Shown here piece after piece: positions 16,819 to 26,326 of a DNA stretch of 64,000 nucleotides. Source of the stretch: a candidate division FCPU426 bacterium. Its GTDB lineage: Bacteria; Oederibacteriota; Muellerivitia; Muellerivitales; Muellerivitaceae. Position numbers and translations under genes: made by a program. A model generated the notes under the pieces. The model saw nothing but the letters and a program-made list of their open reading frames with translations. It was not told the origin of the DNA and did not search any database. Positions within the stretch are counted from its first letter, which is position 1, and every line of letters starts with the position of its first letter. The stretch spans positions 41,545 to 105,544 of the forward strand of contig CAWKAR010000038.1 of NCBI GenBank assembly GCA_963847625.1. The letters are read 5' to 3'.

Positions 16819-18735
16819 TTAAAGTTTAAATGTTTTAACCGTATCGATCATGGTCCGGACGTTTTCCAGGGGCGTCTCGGGCAGGATACCATGCCCCAGG
16901 TTAAAGATGTGGCCGGGGCGGCCGCCGGCTTTCTGAAGTATTTTTTCCGTCTCTTTGCGCACTTTATCGGGATCAGTCAAAAGAATATTGGGGTCCAAGT
17001 TGCCTTGGATGGCCACATCGCCCAGTTGTTTCCAGGCCTTGCCCAGGTCTACGTGGGAATCCAGGCCGATGACCGTGGCCCCGGTTTTAAGGATATCGGG
17101 GAAAAAAGGTTCGGTGTGGACTCCGAAGTAAATGAGAGGAACGCCTTTTTTCAAACCGCTGGTGAGGATTTGCAGGAAGGGTAGGACCCAGCGTTTGTAT
17201 TCATCGGGAGTGAGGATGCCCACCCAGGAATCGAACAATTGGAGGGCCTGGGCCCCGGCCTCCACCTGGGCATTCAGGTAGGAAACGGTGGCCTTGACGA
17301 TTCGGACCATGAATTCATCCCAAACGGAAATATCCTCGCCCAGGACCGCGCGGGTCCGTGAAAAATCCTTGGAGGCCCCGCCTTCCAGCAGGTAAGAAGC
17401 CACCGTGAAGGGGGCGCCGGCAAAACCGATTAGGGGGATACCGGGTTTCAAGCGCGAGCGGATCAGCCGGACGGCTTCCATGACGTAACCCAAATCCCCG
17501 TTCCCATCCACTTCCCGGAGGCGTTTGAGGCCGGCCGCGCCCCCGAAGGGATTCCGGATAACGGGCCCGCCCTTTTCGGGAAACTCCAGTTGGAACCCGA
17601 GCGGCTCCGCGATTAAAAGGATGTCCGCGAAAAGAATAGCGGCATCCACCCCGAGGGCTTCCTGCGCCGACACTGCGGCTTCCGCAGCCAGCTCCGGCGT
17701 CTTACAGAGTTCCAGGAAGGAAACCTTGGAACGGATTTTCCGGTACTCCGGCAAGTAACGCCCGGCCTGACGCATGATCCAGACCGGGGTGCGGAAAGTC
17801 CGCTCCCGCCGGCAGGCTTTCAAGAATAGGTTGTCCGGGAGCTGGAAGGCTTTCTTGGGCGCGGAGGAAACCGGCAAGGTGAAACTGCTTTTAAACTGGT
17901 GAAGCTCGGGACCTTTTCGGGCGGCTTCCCTCACGAGGAAATCCATATTGTGCTGTTCAGGCTCGAAGTCCACCGTGAATCCGTGTCCTTGCAGGATATC
18001 GGTGACCGAGGTTCCTACGGACCCGACGACCAGGCGGGTGAAAGCCTCCATCAAGGGTTCCAAGCGGCCGAGGCTTTCCGCCAATTGGACCAGGTTATGG
18101 ACCTGGTACCCGCTGGTAAAAAGGGCGATCGCTACTTTCCCTTTGAGGATGGATTCGATCAACTGGGCCAGGGGCTTGGTGTTGTCGGGGAGGGCCCAAA
18201 GATTGATAGGAACGCTTTCGACCTCCTGGGCGCCCAATTCCCTAAGGCTCTCCAACAATTCTCGGTTGGTAAAGCCGAATTCCTGGACGGCCACCCTTTT
18301 ATCTGTCAAGTCGACGAGGGCGGCCGGGATGTCCCGCCAAGTGGTCTGACCGGGAAGGGTGATGGCGGCCTTTAAACCGTATTCAGACAAAATCGAAGGG
18401 ATTTGTGAGTCGCAGGCCACCAATATGCACCGCTTGAAAGTTTTAGTGATGTGACTTTGGGGGAACTGAGTTTCCAAAGCTTGGAAAAGCGCGCGGGTTC
18501 CAATTCCCGAAACGAGGATCAAAATGTCGAAATGGCCTTCCCGGAGCCGCTCAAAGAAAACGTAGGATTCCTTGTTCTCCTCCGGATGCATTTCCCTCAT
18601 GGCGGGGGCGATCAAGGGTTTCCCGCCGTGGAGTAGGATTAAATTCTCCATTTCCTTGGCCATAAGGCTCTCAAACGCGGCCACGGTCAGGTTATTAAAG
18701 TTGTGTTTTTCCCTGGGATGGGTTGGTGTCGCCAT
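16819..18735 (-). CDS. hemE: Uroporphyrinogen-III synthase (HemD) - uroporphyrinogen decarboxylase (HemE) fusion
   Basis: N-half: VAAFES...APAMRE, RVAVQEFG, WALPD, LFTSGYQV (HemD-like). C-half: PVWIMRQAGRYLPEYR, AAILFADIL, LIGFAGAPFT, QLFDSW, IQGNLDP, HIFNLGHGI. Confidence 0.9.
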   Translation of the reverse strand: MATPTHPREKHNFNNLTVAAFESLMAKEMENLILLHGGKPLIAPAMREMHPEENKESYVFFERLREGHFDILILVSGIGTRALFQALETQFPQSHITKTFKRCILVACDSQIPSILSEYGLKAAITLPGQTTWRDIPAALVDLTDKRVAVQEFGFTNRELLESLRELGAQEVESVPINLWALPDNTKPLAQLIESILKGKVAIALFTSGYQVHNLVQLAESLGRLEPLMEAFTRLVVGSVGTSVTDILQGHGFTVDFEPEQHNMDFLVREAARKGPELHQFKSSFTLPVSSAPKKAFQLPDNLFLKACRRERTFRTPVWIMRQAGRYLPEYRKIRSKVSFLELCKTPELAAEAAVSAQEALGVDAAILFADILLIAEPLGFQLEFPEKGGPVIRNPFGGAAGLKRLREVDGNGDLGYVMEAVRLIRSRLKPGIPLIGFAGAPFTVASYLLEGGASKDFSRTRAVLGEDISVWDEFMVRIVKATVSYLNAQVEAGAQALQLFDSWVGILTPDEYKRWVLPFLQILTSGLKKGVPLIYFGVHTEPFFPDILKTGATVIGLDSHVDLGKAWKQLGDVAIQGNLDPNILLTDPDKVRKETEKILQKAGGRPGHIFNLGHGILPETPLENVRTMIDTVKTFKL

Positions 18736-18850
18736 AAAAAGCAGTATAAAAGTGAAAAAAAGGGAAATCCACATAAGCCTGCTGTGGGTATAATGGACAT
18801 AGGCTAGTCATTCGGGTCAAAAGCGGTGTTTTAAAACCAGCCTTGGAGAG

Positions 18851-20255
18851 GTGATTATGAAGTGCCCCGGCTGCGGGTTTGAACAGGCGGATGGGCGCAT
18901 TGATTGCGACCGTTGCGGCCTAGTCTTTGAAAAATGGCATCAACGGCATCCAGACCCTGCTCCCCCGGCTGAAACCCCGGCGGTCACAACGGAAAGCACT
19001 CCCTCTCCCGCTGCACCGGCGCCCGTAAAAGAAGAAGCGAAAAAGCCGGTTCTCGTTACCTTGCCGATTCCCGAGAAAAAACCAACCGCCCCCGCGCAGG
19101 TTCCAGTAAAAGCAGAGGGAAGTAAACCAGCCTCTATACCAACTCCGGCCCCCGTTTCCACCCCGATCCCGGAGAAAAAACCTCCCGTCTCCGCCCCGGC
19201 CAAGAAAGCCGAAGCGGACAAGCCCGCTGCCGCGATCCCGGTGTGGAGTCCCGAGCCGGAAATGCCGTCCCGCCGTCCCCCAAAAACCCAGCCTCTTGTC
19301 GGGAAAATGTCATTCTTTGTCCTCATGGGGGCGGTGGTATTGGTTATAGCTTTATATGTTCTTGTGAATTACCTATCAACCGAATCCGGAAAGCATGGAC
19401 CCCGTTGTCTGGTGACCTGGGGCGAAGAACGGGGAAGACCAGGGTCAAATGGACATGCCCATCGCGGTGGCGGTCGACCAAGACCGGAACCTCTACCTCT
19501 CGGACCAAGGCAACAACCGGATCCAAAAATTCGATTCCAACGGCACGTTTCAACTCGCGTGGGGCGGGTCCGGGACAGCCGCGGGCAAGTTTAATAGACC
19601 CGTCCAGTTGGCGGTGGATTCAAAAAGTTTCCTGTATGTCGTGGATGGCGGCAACCATCGGATCCAAAAATTCGACCTGAACGGGAACTACCAGGCGACG
19701 TGGGGGGGATTCGGCACGGACCCGGGCCAATTCAACCAGCCCTGGGGGCTGGCCATCAGTTCCAAGGATGAGGTTTATGTGACGGACCAAAACAACCACC
19801 GGGTGGAGAAATTCACCGCGGATGGGACATTGATCAAAGTCTGGGGCGCCAATGGAAAGGACCAGGGGTCCTTCATTCAACCACACGGGATTGCGGTGGA
19901 TTTGGATGGAAACATTTACGTGGCGGATTACTCCGAGCGAATCCAAAAGTTCGATACCAACGGGGCCTTTATCGCTCAAATCGGGGGATTTGGACAGGAA
20001 CCAGGCCAGTTCCACAAAATCCAAGGATTAGCCTTGGACAAAACCGGCCGCATATACGTGGCCGATGGTGGAAATTACCGGGTCCAGGTATTTGACGCCC
20101 AATTAAAACCATTGGTAGCATGGGGGCACTTGGGTGGTAAGCCGGGGTTCTTCAACTTTCCCGGCGGGGTCGCGGTGGACTCGAGCGGGTTTATCTATGT
20201 AACGGATTGCCAAAACGACCGGATCCAGAAGTTCGCGGAACTCAAAAACCAATAG
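18851..20255 (+). pseudogene. Zinc-ribbon/Pro-rich/TM/NHL-repeat protein split by a 1-nt frameshift near 19424
   Basis: ORF 18851-19594 (CPGC..CDRC, Pro linker, TM, start of blade VTWG) continues in another frame as NGEDQGQMDMPIAVAVD into the NHL ORF 19449-20255. Confidence 0.75.
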
Positions 20256-20374
20256 TTAAATCCTACGCGGCCGGATACGTTACCGATGGGTTGGTTCCCG
20301 CTATGAGCCCGGCATCTTCCCCGAAAAAATTTTCTCATTTTGCTTTTTCAGCAGCCCGCAATAGGAATTAGGGA

Positions 20375-20956
20375 TTGAATAAAATCAGAAGAGTCTTTAT
20401 CCAGGGGATCGGTCTCGGGCTTGGGGCCGGCCTATGTTCAGCGGGGGCACTGGCGCTGATCTTTAAAACCACCCATGGCGGCAGTCCGCAGGGCCATCCG
20501 GGATATTTCACCTTCTATTTCCTGGGGGTGGGAGCCCTCCTGGGGTTGATCGGCGGATGGTGCCTGGCCCTGCAACTGGTTTTAAACCAACTTTTAAGCT
20601 CGCTTTTCCTCCAAATCTCCCGGTTGATTCCCTTGACCACCTCCCTGATCGGCCAGGAATGGGCCGCCAAAATGGAAATTTTTTTCCAGGAAGTCTTGAA
20701 GCCGTTGCCCGCATTCTTCGGGAAGCTGGTGGAGTTTTTCCTGGTCCGCCGGTTCAGGAATTACACTAGGATAAACAAGGCCATCTTCAAGGCCAAGAAC
20801 AAGCAGAACCTCCCGGCCTATTCGCCGGAGTGGATGGCCCGGGTGGTATTGCATTATTTATTGGAACCTTTATGGCTACTATTTTACCTGGCCTACGCGG
20901 TTCTATTTTTAACCGCTTTTATGTTTTTATCGTTGCCCTTTATCAGGGGTGGCTGA
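20375..20956 (+). CDS. Hypothetical membrane protein
   Basis: Three hydrophobic segments; coding-like GC3; no family recognised. Confidence 0.65.
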   Translation: MNKIRRVFIQGIGLGLGAGLCSAGALALIFKTTHGGSPQGHPGYFTFYFLGVGALLGLIGGWCLALQLVLNQLLSSLFLQISRLIPLTTSLIGQEWAAKMEIFFQEVLKPLPAFFGKLVEFFLVRRFRNYTRINKAIFKAKNKQNLPAYSPEWMARVVLHYLLEPLWLLFYLAYAVLFLTAFMFLSLPFIRGG

Positions 20957-21176
20957 GAACTTTCAACGGTTCCATTTGAAATAACAGAATGGAAGGTTTT
21001 ACGGGAAGCTGTAACTTCCTCATTTGTCACCCGGCGTCCCTCCGCCCATTGGGGGGATATGGGTTGTTGGTGGAGGCCCCGCGGTTTGTTATCATGCCAA
21101 GACCTTTGAGCGCTCAGAGGGTTCAACCTCAAATCAAATGTTGAAAAAAATTTTCCGAATAACTTGAGGAGTAATT

Positions 21177-21974
21177 TTGAAAACCCCTTTATACGAAAAA
21201 TGGAAAAACGCGCAAGCCCAATGGGATGACGAGGAATACCTGAAGTCCCTCACCTCCCTGATGAAACTTCGCTACAAGCGTCTTGACGCGAAAGCGCATG
21301 GGATTTTTCAGGAACAATTCCAAAACCGGTTTTCAGATTCAGGGAGTAGAAAGCCCCTGCTGTTGGACCTGGGGTGCGGCCGGTCGGAATTCGGGGCTTA
21401 TCTTCATGCTGCATGGAAAAAGGACCCGGAAAAAGCCCCGTGGAATTACCTCGGGATCGAACCTTCCCTGGTGCAGTTGAATCACCGCGATGTCGAGAGC
21501 CTCGGCTGGGGTTTCCTCCAGGCCCTGGGGGAACAGGTGCCCCTGCAGGATATGGCCTGCGAGGGTGTCCTGGTCAAGGAGGTGATCGACCATTGCTATG
21601 ATCCCTTGGGGGTGTTCCGGGAAGCCCACCGGATTTTAAAACCCGGGGGGGTTTTCGTGGCGACGGTGACGAACGACCGGAGCTATTTCAAACGCCTGTT
21701 TCCCGGGATGAACCGGAAGCTGAAGGAAAAACAAACCGACCATTTATTTTTTTTCGGGCCGGAAGAACTGAAAAAAATGGCCTTGGAGGCGCAGTTTGAC
21801 AGCGTTCAAACCCAAACCTATAATTACCTGAAATTGCCGCGCTCATTGGAAAAACTCCTGGGCTTTTCAGGGGAACCCTTCAATCGTCTTCTGCTGGAAA
21901 TAACGGACCGCGCCGGCCAAGCCCTTTTGCCGGGTTTGGGCGGCGGTATTCTTCTGAAAGCAGTGAAAAAATGA
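21177..21974 (+). CDS. Class I SAM-dependent methyltransferase
   Basis: LLDLGCG, GIEPS, EVIDHCYDP, RILKPGG. Confidence 0.88.
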   Translation: MKTPLYEKWKNAQAQWDDEEYLKSLTSLMKLRYKRLDAKAHGIFQEQFQNRFSDSGSRKPLLLDLGCGRSEFGAYLHAAWKKDPEKAPWNYLGIEPSLVQLNHRDVESLGWGFLQALGEQVPLQDMACEGVLVKEVIDHCYDPLGVFREAHRILKPGGVFVATVTNDRSYFKRLFPGMNRKLKEKQTDHLFFFGPEELKKMALEAQFDSVQTQTYNYLKLPRSLEKLLGFSGEPFNRLLLEITDRAGQALLPGLGGGILLKAVKK

Positions 21975-21993
21975 AATCTGTCAAAGGGAAAAA

Positions 21994-22155
21994 ATGAACC
22001 CAGAACTCCTGAATATCCTGATCTGCCCGGCCTGCGGCGCCTCCGTGCGCGAGAAAGATAACGCCATCGAATGCACCGACTGCAAGAACCGGTATCCCAT
22101 CATCAATGGAATTCCTGCCCTCATTGTGGACCGTGCGGAAAAAGCCAAGTCCTGA
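21994..22155 (+). CDS. Trm112-family (UPF0434/YcaR-like) small zinc-finger protein
   Basis: Manual translation MNPELLNILICPACGASVREKDNAIECTDCKNRYPIINGIPALIVDRAEKAKS (53 aa, below ORF-track cutoff). Confidence 0.88.
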   Translation: MNPELLNILICPACGASVREKDNAIECTDCKNRYPIINGIPALIVDRAEKAKS

Positions 22156-23260
22156 TCCCCTGAGGATCGGAATCGATGCCAGGCTGGCCTACCACCGCGG
22201 CGTGGGAACCTATGCCGCCAACCTGATCATCGCCCTATCCAAAACCGACCCGAGAAACGAATATTCGCTTTTTAACGCCCCGCCATTACTCAAAGAAAAG
22301 GTTCAAAACCGGAATTTCCAATGGGTGGATCTGCCGCCCAAAAACCCCGCCTACTACGAACAAATTCAATTGCCCCGCGCCGCCCGCGAAAGGAAACTGG
22401 ATTTCCTCCATTACGTGGACAATACCGCCACCTTGTTTGATCCCTTCCCCTACGTGTTGACCCTGCATGATGTCATGCATGAAAGGCCCCTGAGGGATGT
22501 GCGGGTTAAGCCGACCCTCCGCCAGCGCTTCCTCCACCTTTACAAAAAGTGGTTCACTCCCCGGTCGGCGTTAAAAGCCAAGGCCATCATTACCATTTCG
22601 GAATATTCCAAAAGGAGCATCGTGGAAAAAATAGGCCTTCCTTCCGGGAAAATCCACGTTATTCCCGAGGGGGTCGACCAGGAGTTATTTGTTTATACCA
22701 GGAGGAAACACTCGAAGATCTTTAAGATTCTGGTTCAAGGGGCCACGGATGAAAGGAAGAACCTTGCGAACATCCTGAAGGCGGCCCGGATCCTGAAGGG
22801 ACAGGGAAAACTATTCCAGCTGGTCGTGATCGGCATGGACCTGGGGGATTTGAAACAATCCCATTGCCTCGACCAGACCATCGAAATGGAACTCGGACCG
22901 CAAGTGGAATGGGTGGGGAATGTGCCATTTGATGTTTTGAAAGAGATTTACTCCGGGGTGGACCTGTTCCTTTACCCATCCAAGATCGAGGGATTCGGAT
23001 TACCCCTGCTGGAAGCCTTTGCCTGCGGGGTTCCTGTCATCACCTCCAACCGGACGGCCCTGCCCGAGACCGCAGGGGAGGCGGCCCTTCTGGTGGATCC
23101 TGAGAGCCCGGAAAGCATTTCCGAGGCGGTAAAACAAATCATGGAAAAACCGTCCTTGAGAAAACGCCTGGTGGAAAAGGGCCTTAAAAGGGCTGAGGAA
23201 TTTTCATGGGAAAGAACGGCCCGATTGACCCGAAAGGTTTACGAGGGAATAGTTCCATGA
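22106..23260 (+). CDS. GT4 glycosyltransferase (start uncertain, probably slightly downstream)
   Basis: RIGIDAR, GVGTY, TLHD, RKNL, YPSKIEGFGLPLLEAFACGVPVITSN. Confidence 0.92.
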   Translation: MEFLPSLWTVRKKPSPDPLRIGIDARLAYHRGVGTYAANLIIALSKTDPRNEYSLFNAPPLLKEKVQNRNFQWVDLPPKNPAYYEQIQLPRAARERKLDFLHYVDNTATLFDPFPYVLTLHDVMHERPLRDVRVKPTLRQRFLHLYKKWFTPRSALKAKAIITISEYSKRSIVEKIGLPSGKIHVIPEGVDQELFVYTRRKHSKIFKILVQGATDERKNLANILKAARILKGQGKLFQLVVIGMDLGDLKQSHCLDQTIEMELGPQVEWVGNVPFDVLKEIYSGVDLFLYPSKIEGFGLPLLEAFACGVPVITSNRTALPETAGEAALLVDPESPESISEAVKQIMEKPSLRKRLVEKGLKRAEEFSWERTARLTRKVYEGIVP

Positions 23261-25002
23261 GGCGATCGCTCAATATTCTCATTTTTTTATTGGAAGGCAT
23301 TTCGATTTTTGCCTTTCTTCTCATGTCCCCGCTTTCCACCCCCTGGCTGGAATCGGCTCCTGGGTTTATCCTGGCGTTCATCCTATTTGGCGCCGTGGTT
23401 CTCCTGGAGGCCGCCCTGGCCCGCTGGATCATCGGCGGTAAGGACTTATTGAGATTCATTCGCCCCGTCCTTTTCACCCATTTATTCTGGCTTTTTTCCT
23501 GGGTCTGGCCCTGGGTCGAGCCAATGAACTTACCTCCCCCCCACAATTTCGACCTGAGGAAAATCCAGACCCTTCTAGGGGTCATAGTGATCTCCCACCT
23601 GTTCGCTTATTCCGCCTGGCTAATTGCAAAAGCAAGGCATAACGGCTGGACCGTTTCCAAGACCTTCGGGTGCGTGGCGGCGTTCTTCTTCATCGGGACG
23701 ACCCTTTGGACCGCATCGGTTTGCGATTTGAGCGGCGATGAGCCCCATTATCTCCTGATGGCTTACAGCCTGATCCATGACGGGGATCTGGACTTGGCCA
23801 ACAATTACCAAAACAAGGACTACTTGAATTTTTACAAACGGGGCACGCTCGAGCCGCAGGGGCTGGACCACCTTGAAAAAGGGAAAATTTTCAGCTTTCA
23901 TCCCCTCGGCCCGGCCCTTTTGGTTTTGCCGGGGTTCCTTTTAGGCGGGCGGTTGGGAGCCGCGCTGATCATGTCGCTTTTGGCGGCTCTGACCCTGTTC
24001 CTGACGATGAAGGTTTTGGAAGTTTCGGGAGCACATGGGCCGCCCCTTCAAGCCGTCGGCTGGGTGGGCCTCTTCTCAAGCCCAGTCCTTTTATTTTCAG
24101 GGCTTGTTTACCCGGAAGTCCCGACGGCTTTTCTCGTCATCTTGAGCCTCCTGCTTTTTTTGAAAAAACGCTGGGGTTGGTTGGGGTTTTGCCTCGGGAT
24201 TTTGCTTTGGGTTCACAACCGCAACGTCCTTTTGGTCATGCCGATGATGGCGGTTTTGGGATACGAATGGTTTCGGGAAGGGAACGATAAATGGGGCAAG
24301 GCGTGGAGATCAACCGTGGGATTCTTCATTCCGGCCTTCCTTCTTATTCTTTATTTTGAAAAGATGTACGGGGTCTTCACGCCTTTGGGCGCCCACCATG
24401 AACCCTTTCTCTCCCTGTTTCCTTACCAAAGGTTTTTTACGGGTTTCTTCGGATTGATTCTTGACCAGGAATGCGGCCTTTGGTTCCATTTTCCGGTTTT
24501 CGCCCTGATGGTGACCGGCGGAATCCTTCTATTCCGGTCCACCAGTCCCCTCAAAGGCTTCATTCTGGCAACCTTTTGTTTTTATTATTTATTCATGTGT
24601 TTTTATGAGAACCTGGGTCTGGCGCCGGCCACCCGCTATATGGTCGGGATCACGCCCCTCTTATGGGTGATGCTTTACCCGGCGTTTGAAAAGATCAAAG
24701 CCTGGGATTTTTGGGCCAAACTGACCCTTGGTTCCTTCGCATTGGGTATGGCGGTGAACTGGGCATTGTGCGCTGTTCCCTGGATTCGCTATAACAAATT
24801 GCAGGAAGGGAATTTAATCTTAATCCTCCTGGGGAAATTTCTTCACATGCCCCTGGCCGAGTGGGAACCGATGTTCCAGGTTTCCACGGTAGAAATCAAA
24901 AGCTACCTTTTAAGCGCGTTTTGGGTCCTGGTCACTGTCCTATTGTCCATTCTATTTTTGAAAACGGAAGCCAAAAATCCGAGTGAAGGAAAGGGCTCTT
25001 GA
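23257..25002 (+). CDS. Polytopic membrane protein, probable GT-C glycosyltransferase
   Basis: More than 10 TM segments, SGDEPHYLLMAYSL..DGDLDL.NNY loop motif; ATGA overlap with upstream GT4. Confidence 0.65.
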   Translation: MRRSLNILIFLLEGISIFAFLLMSPLSTPWLESAPGFILAFILFGAVVLLEAALARWIIGGKDLLRFIRPVLFTHLFWLFSWVWPWVEPMNLPPPHNFDLRKIQTLLGVIVISHLFAYSAWLIAKARHNGWTVSKTFGCVAAFFFIGTTLWTASVCDLSGDEPHYLLMAYSLIHDGDLDLANNYQNKDYLNFYKRGTLEPQGLDHLEKGKIFSFHPLGPALLVLPGFLLGGRLGAALIMSLLAALTLFLTMKVLEVSGAHGPPLQAVGWVGLFSSPVLLFSGLVYPEVPTAFLVILSLLLFLKKRWGWLGFCLGILLWVHNRNVLLVMPMMAVLGYEWFREGNDKWGKAWRSTVGFFIPAFLLILYFEKMYGVFTPLGAHHEPFLSLFPYQRFFTGFFGLILDQECGLWFHFPVFALMVTGGILLFRSTSPLKGFILATFCFYYLFMCFYENLGLAPATRYMVGITPLLWVMLYPAFEKIKAWDFWAKLTLGSFALGMAVNWALCAVPWIRYNKLQEGNLILILLGKFLHMPLAEWEPMFQVSTVEIKSYLLSAFWVLVTVLLSILFLKTEAKNPSEGKGS

Positions 25003-26240
25003 ACATCCTGGTATTAACTCCCCTTGTCCCCTTTCCACCCCACGACGGGGACCGGCTTCGGCTGTATCATTTCCTCCGGTACCTCAAGGGAAGGGGCCAT
25101 GTCATCGATCTTTTCTGCCTGACCCGCCATCGGGCCGATCTTGAGAATGCCAACACGGTCCGGCCGTTGTGCAGGAGCCTTTATGTGGAATACCTTTCCA
25201 ACGCAGATTTGTTCTTCAACCTGATCGGCGGAATTCTCATGGGCCAATCGCTCAATGTTTCGGGATATTTCTCCCCGCATTTGAGGGAAGCGTTGAAGGA
25301 TTATTGGAAAACAAACGAGGGAAAAAATACGGACGTGGTCCTGGCCCATCGGCTCCGCATGGCGCCGGCGGCTTTTGAAGGCTCTCCCCAAAAACCGGTG
25401 GTATTGGAATTAACCGACTGCCTGGCGGCCTACATGGAACGGCTCAAGGGGCAGAAGGGGGTCCGTTGGTCGCGGCGCTTGGCGGCCTGGTGGGACTATT
25501 GGTTCTTAAAGACCGAGGAATTGGATTGGATCCAGGCCTCGCATAAAACAACGGTGATTTCACCCCTGGATGCCCAGGTTTTATTGGAAAACGGAGCCGC
25601 CTTCGACAAACTGGAAATCCTCCCTAATGGAATCACCCGGAACCAACCCGGTAAGAATAAACCACCGGCGATTTATCCGGGGGAAAAACCGGTTGTTTGT
25701 TTCGTCGGGAGCATGGAATACGCCGCCAACGAAGATGGGGCCCTGTGGTTTCTCAAGGGAATATGGCCCCTGGTCAAGCAAAAGGTTCCCGGGGCGGTAT
25801 TTGCGGTGGTGGGAAAAGCGCCCCGTAAGGTTTTGAGCCGGTGGCATAACCACCAAGATGTATTTGTGACCGGATGGGTTCCTGAGGTGGATTCTTATCT
25901 CATGAACGCAGATGTATCGGTGGCACCTTTGCGCGTGGCTGCAGGGATGCAAAATAAGGTGGCCCATTCCATGTCTTTAGGAATTCCAGTTGTGGCAACC
26001 CCTTCGGCAGTGAAGTGGATGCCCCTTCATGTCCGTGAAGAAATGTTTATCGCCGAAGACGAGGAGACTTTCGCCCAGGCGGTCGTGGAGGTTTTGCTAA
26101 AATCCCATAAATATAGGATTCGCGCGGAAAAAGCGAAAAATTTAATCATCCGAAATTTTAAATGGGAGGAATCAGGAAGAAAATTGGAAAGTCTTCTCAA
26201 GGATGCTGCTCGGAATTCAAAATCCAAAATTGAGTTTTAA
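24999..26240 (+). CDS. GT4 glycosyltransferase
   Basis: PFPPHDGDRLR, FVGSMEYAANEDG, VSVAPLRVAAGMQNKV. Confidence 0.9.
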   Translation: MNILVLTPLVPFPPHDGDRLRLYHFLRYLKGRGHVIDLFCLTRHRADLENANTVRPLCRSLYVEYLSNADLFFNLIGGILMGQSLNVSGYFSPHLREALKDYWKTNEGKNTDVVLAHRLRMAPAAFEGSPQKPVVLELTDCLAAYMERLKGQKGVRWSRRLAAWWDYWFLKTEELDWIQASHKTTVISPLDAQVLLENGAAFDKLEILPNGITRNQPGKNKPPAIYPGEKPVVCFVGSMEYAANEDGALWFLKGIWPLVKQKVPGAVFAVVGKAPRKVLSRWHNHQDVFVTGWVPEVDSYLMNADVSVAPLRVAAGMQNKVAHSMSLGIPVVATPSAVKWMPLHVREEMFIAEDEETFAQAVVEVLLKSHKYRIRAEKAKNLIIRNFKWEESGRKLESLLKDAARNSKSKIEF

Positions 26241-26326
26241 CTGAGTCGCGTGATTTTTCCAAACAAAGTCGTAGCGTCTATAAAATCAATTTTGTTTTTC
26301 CTTAATAAATATAGATCGGGGTTCCA

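Noticed and set aside
1536..18375. Long antisense/alternative-frame ORFs (for example 1536-2276, 4811-5443, 10546-11379, 10764-11447)
   Set aside because: Shadow ORFs of GC-rich genes that have clear family assignments in another frame.
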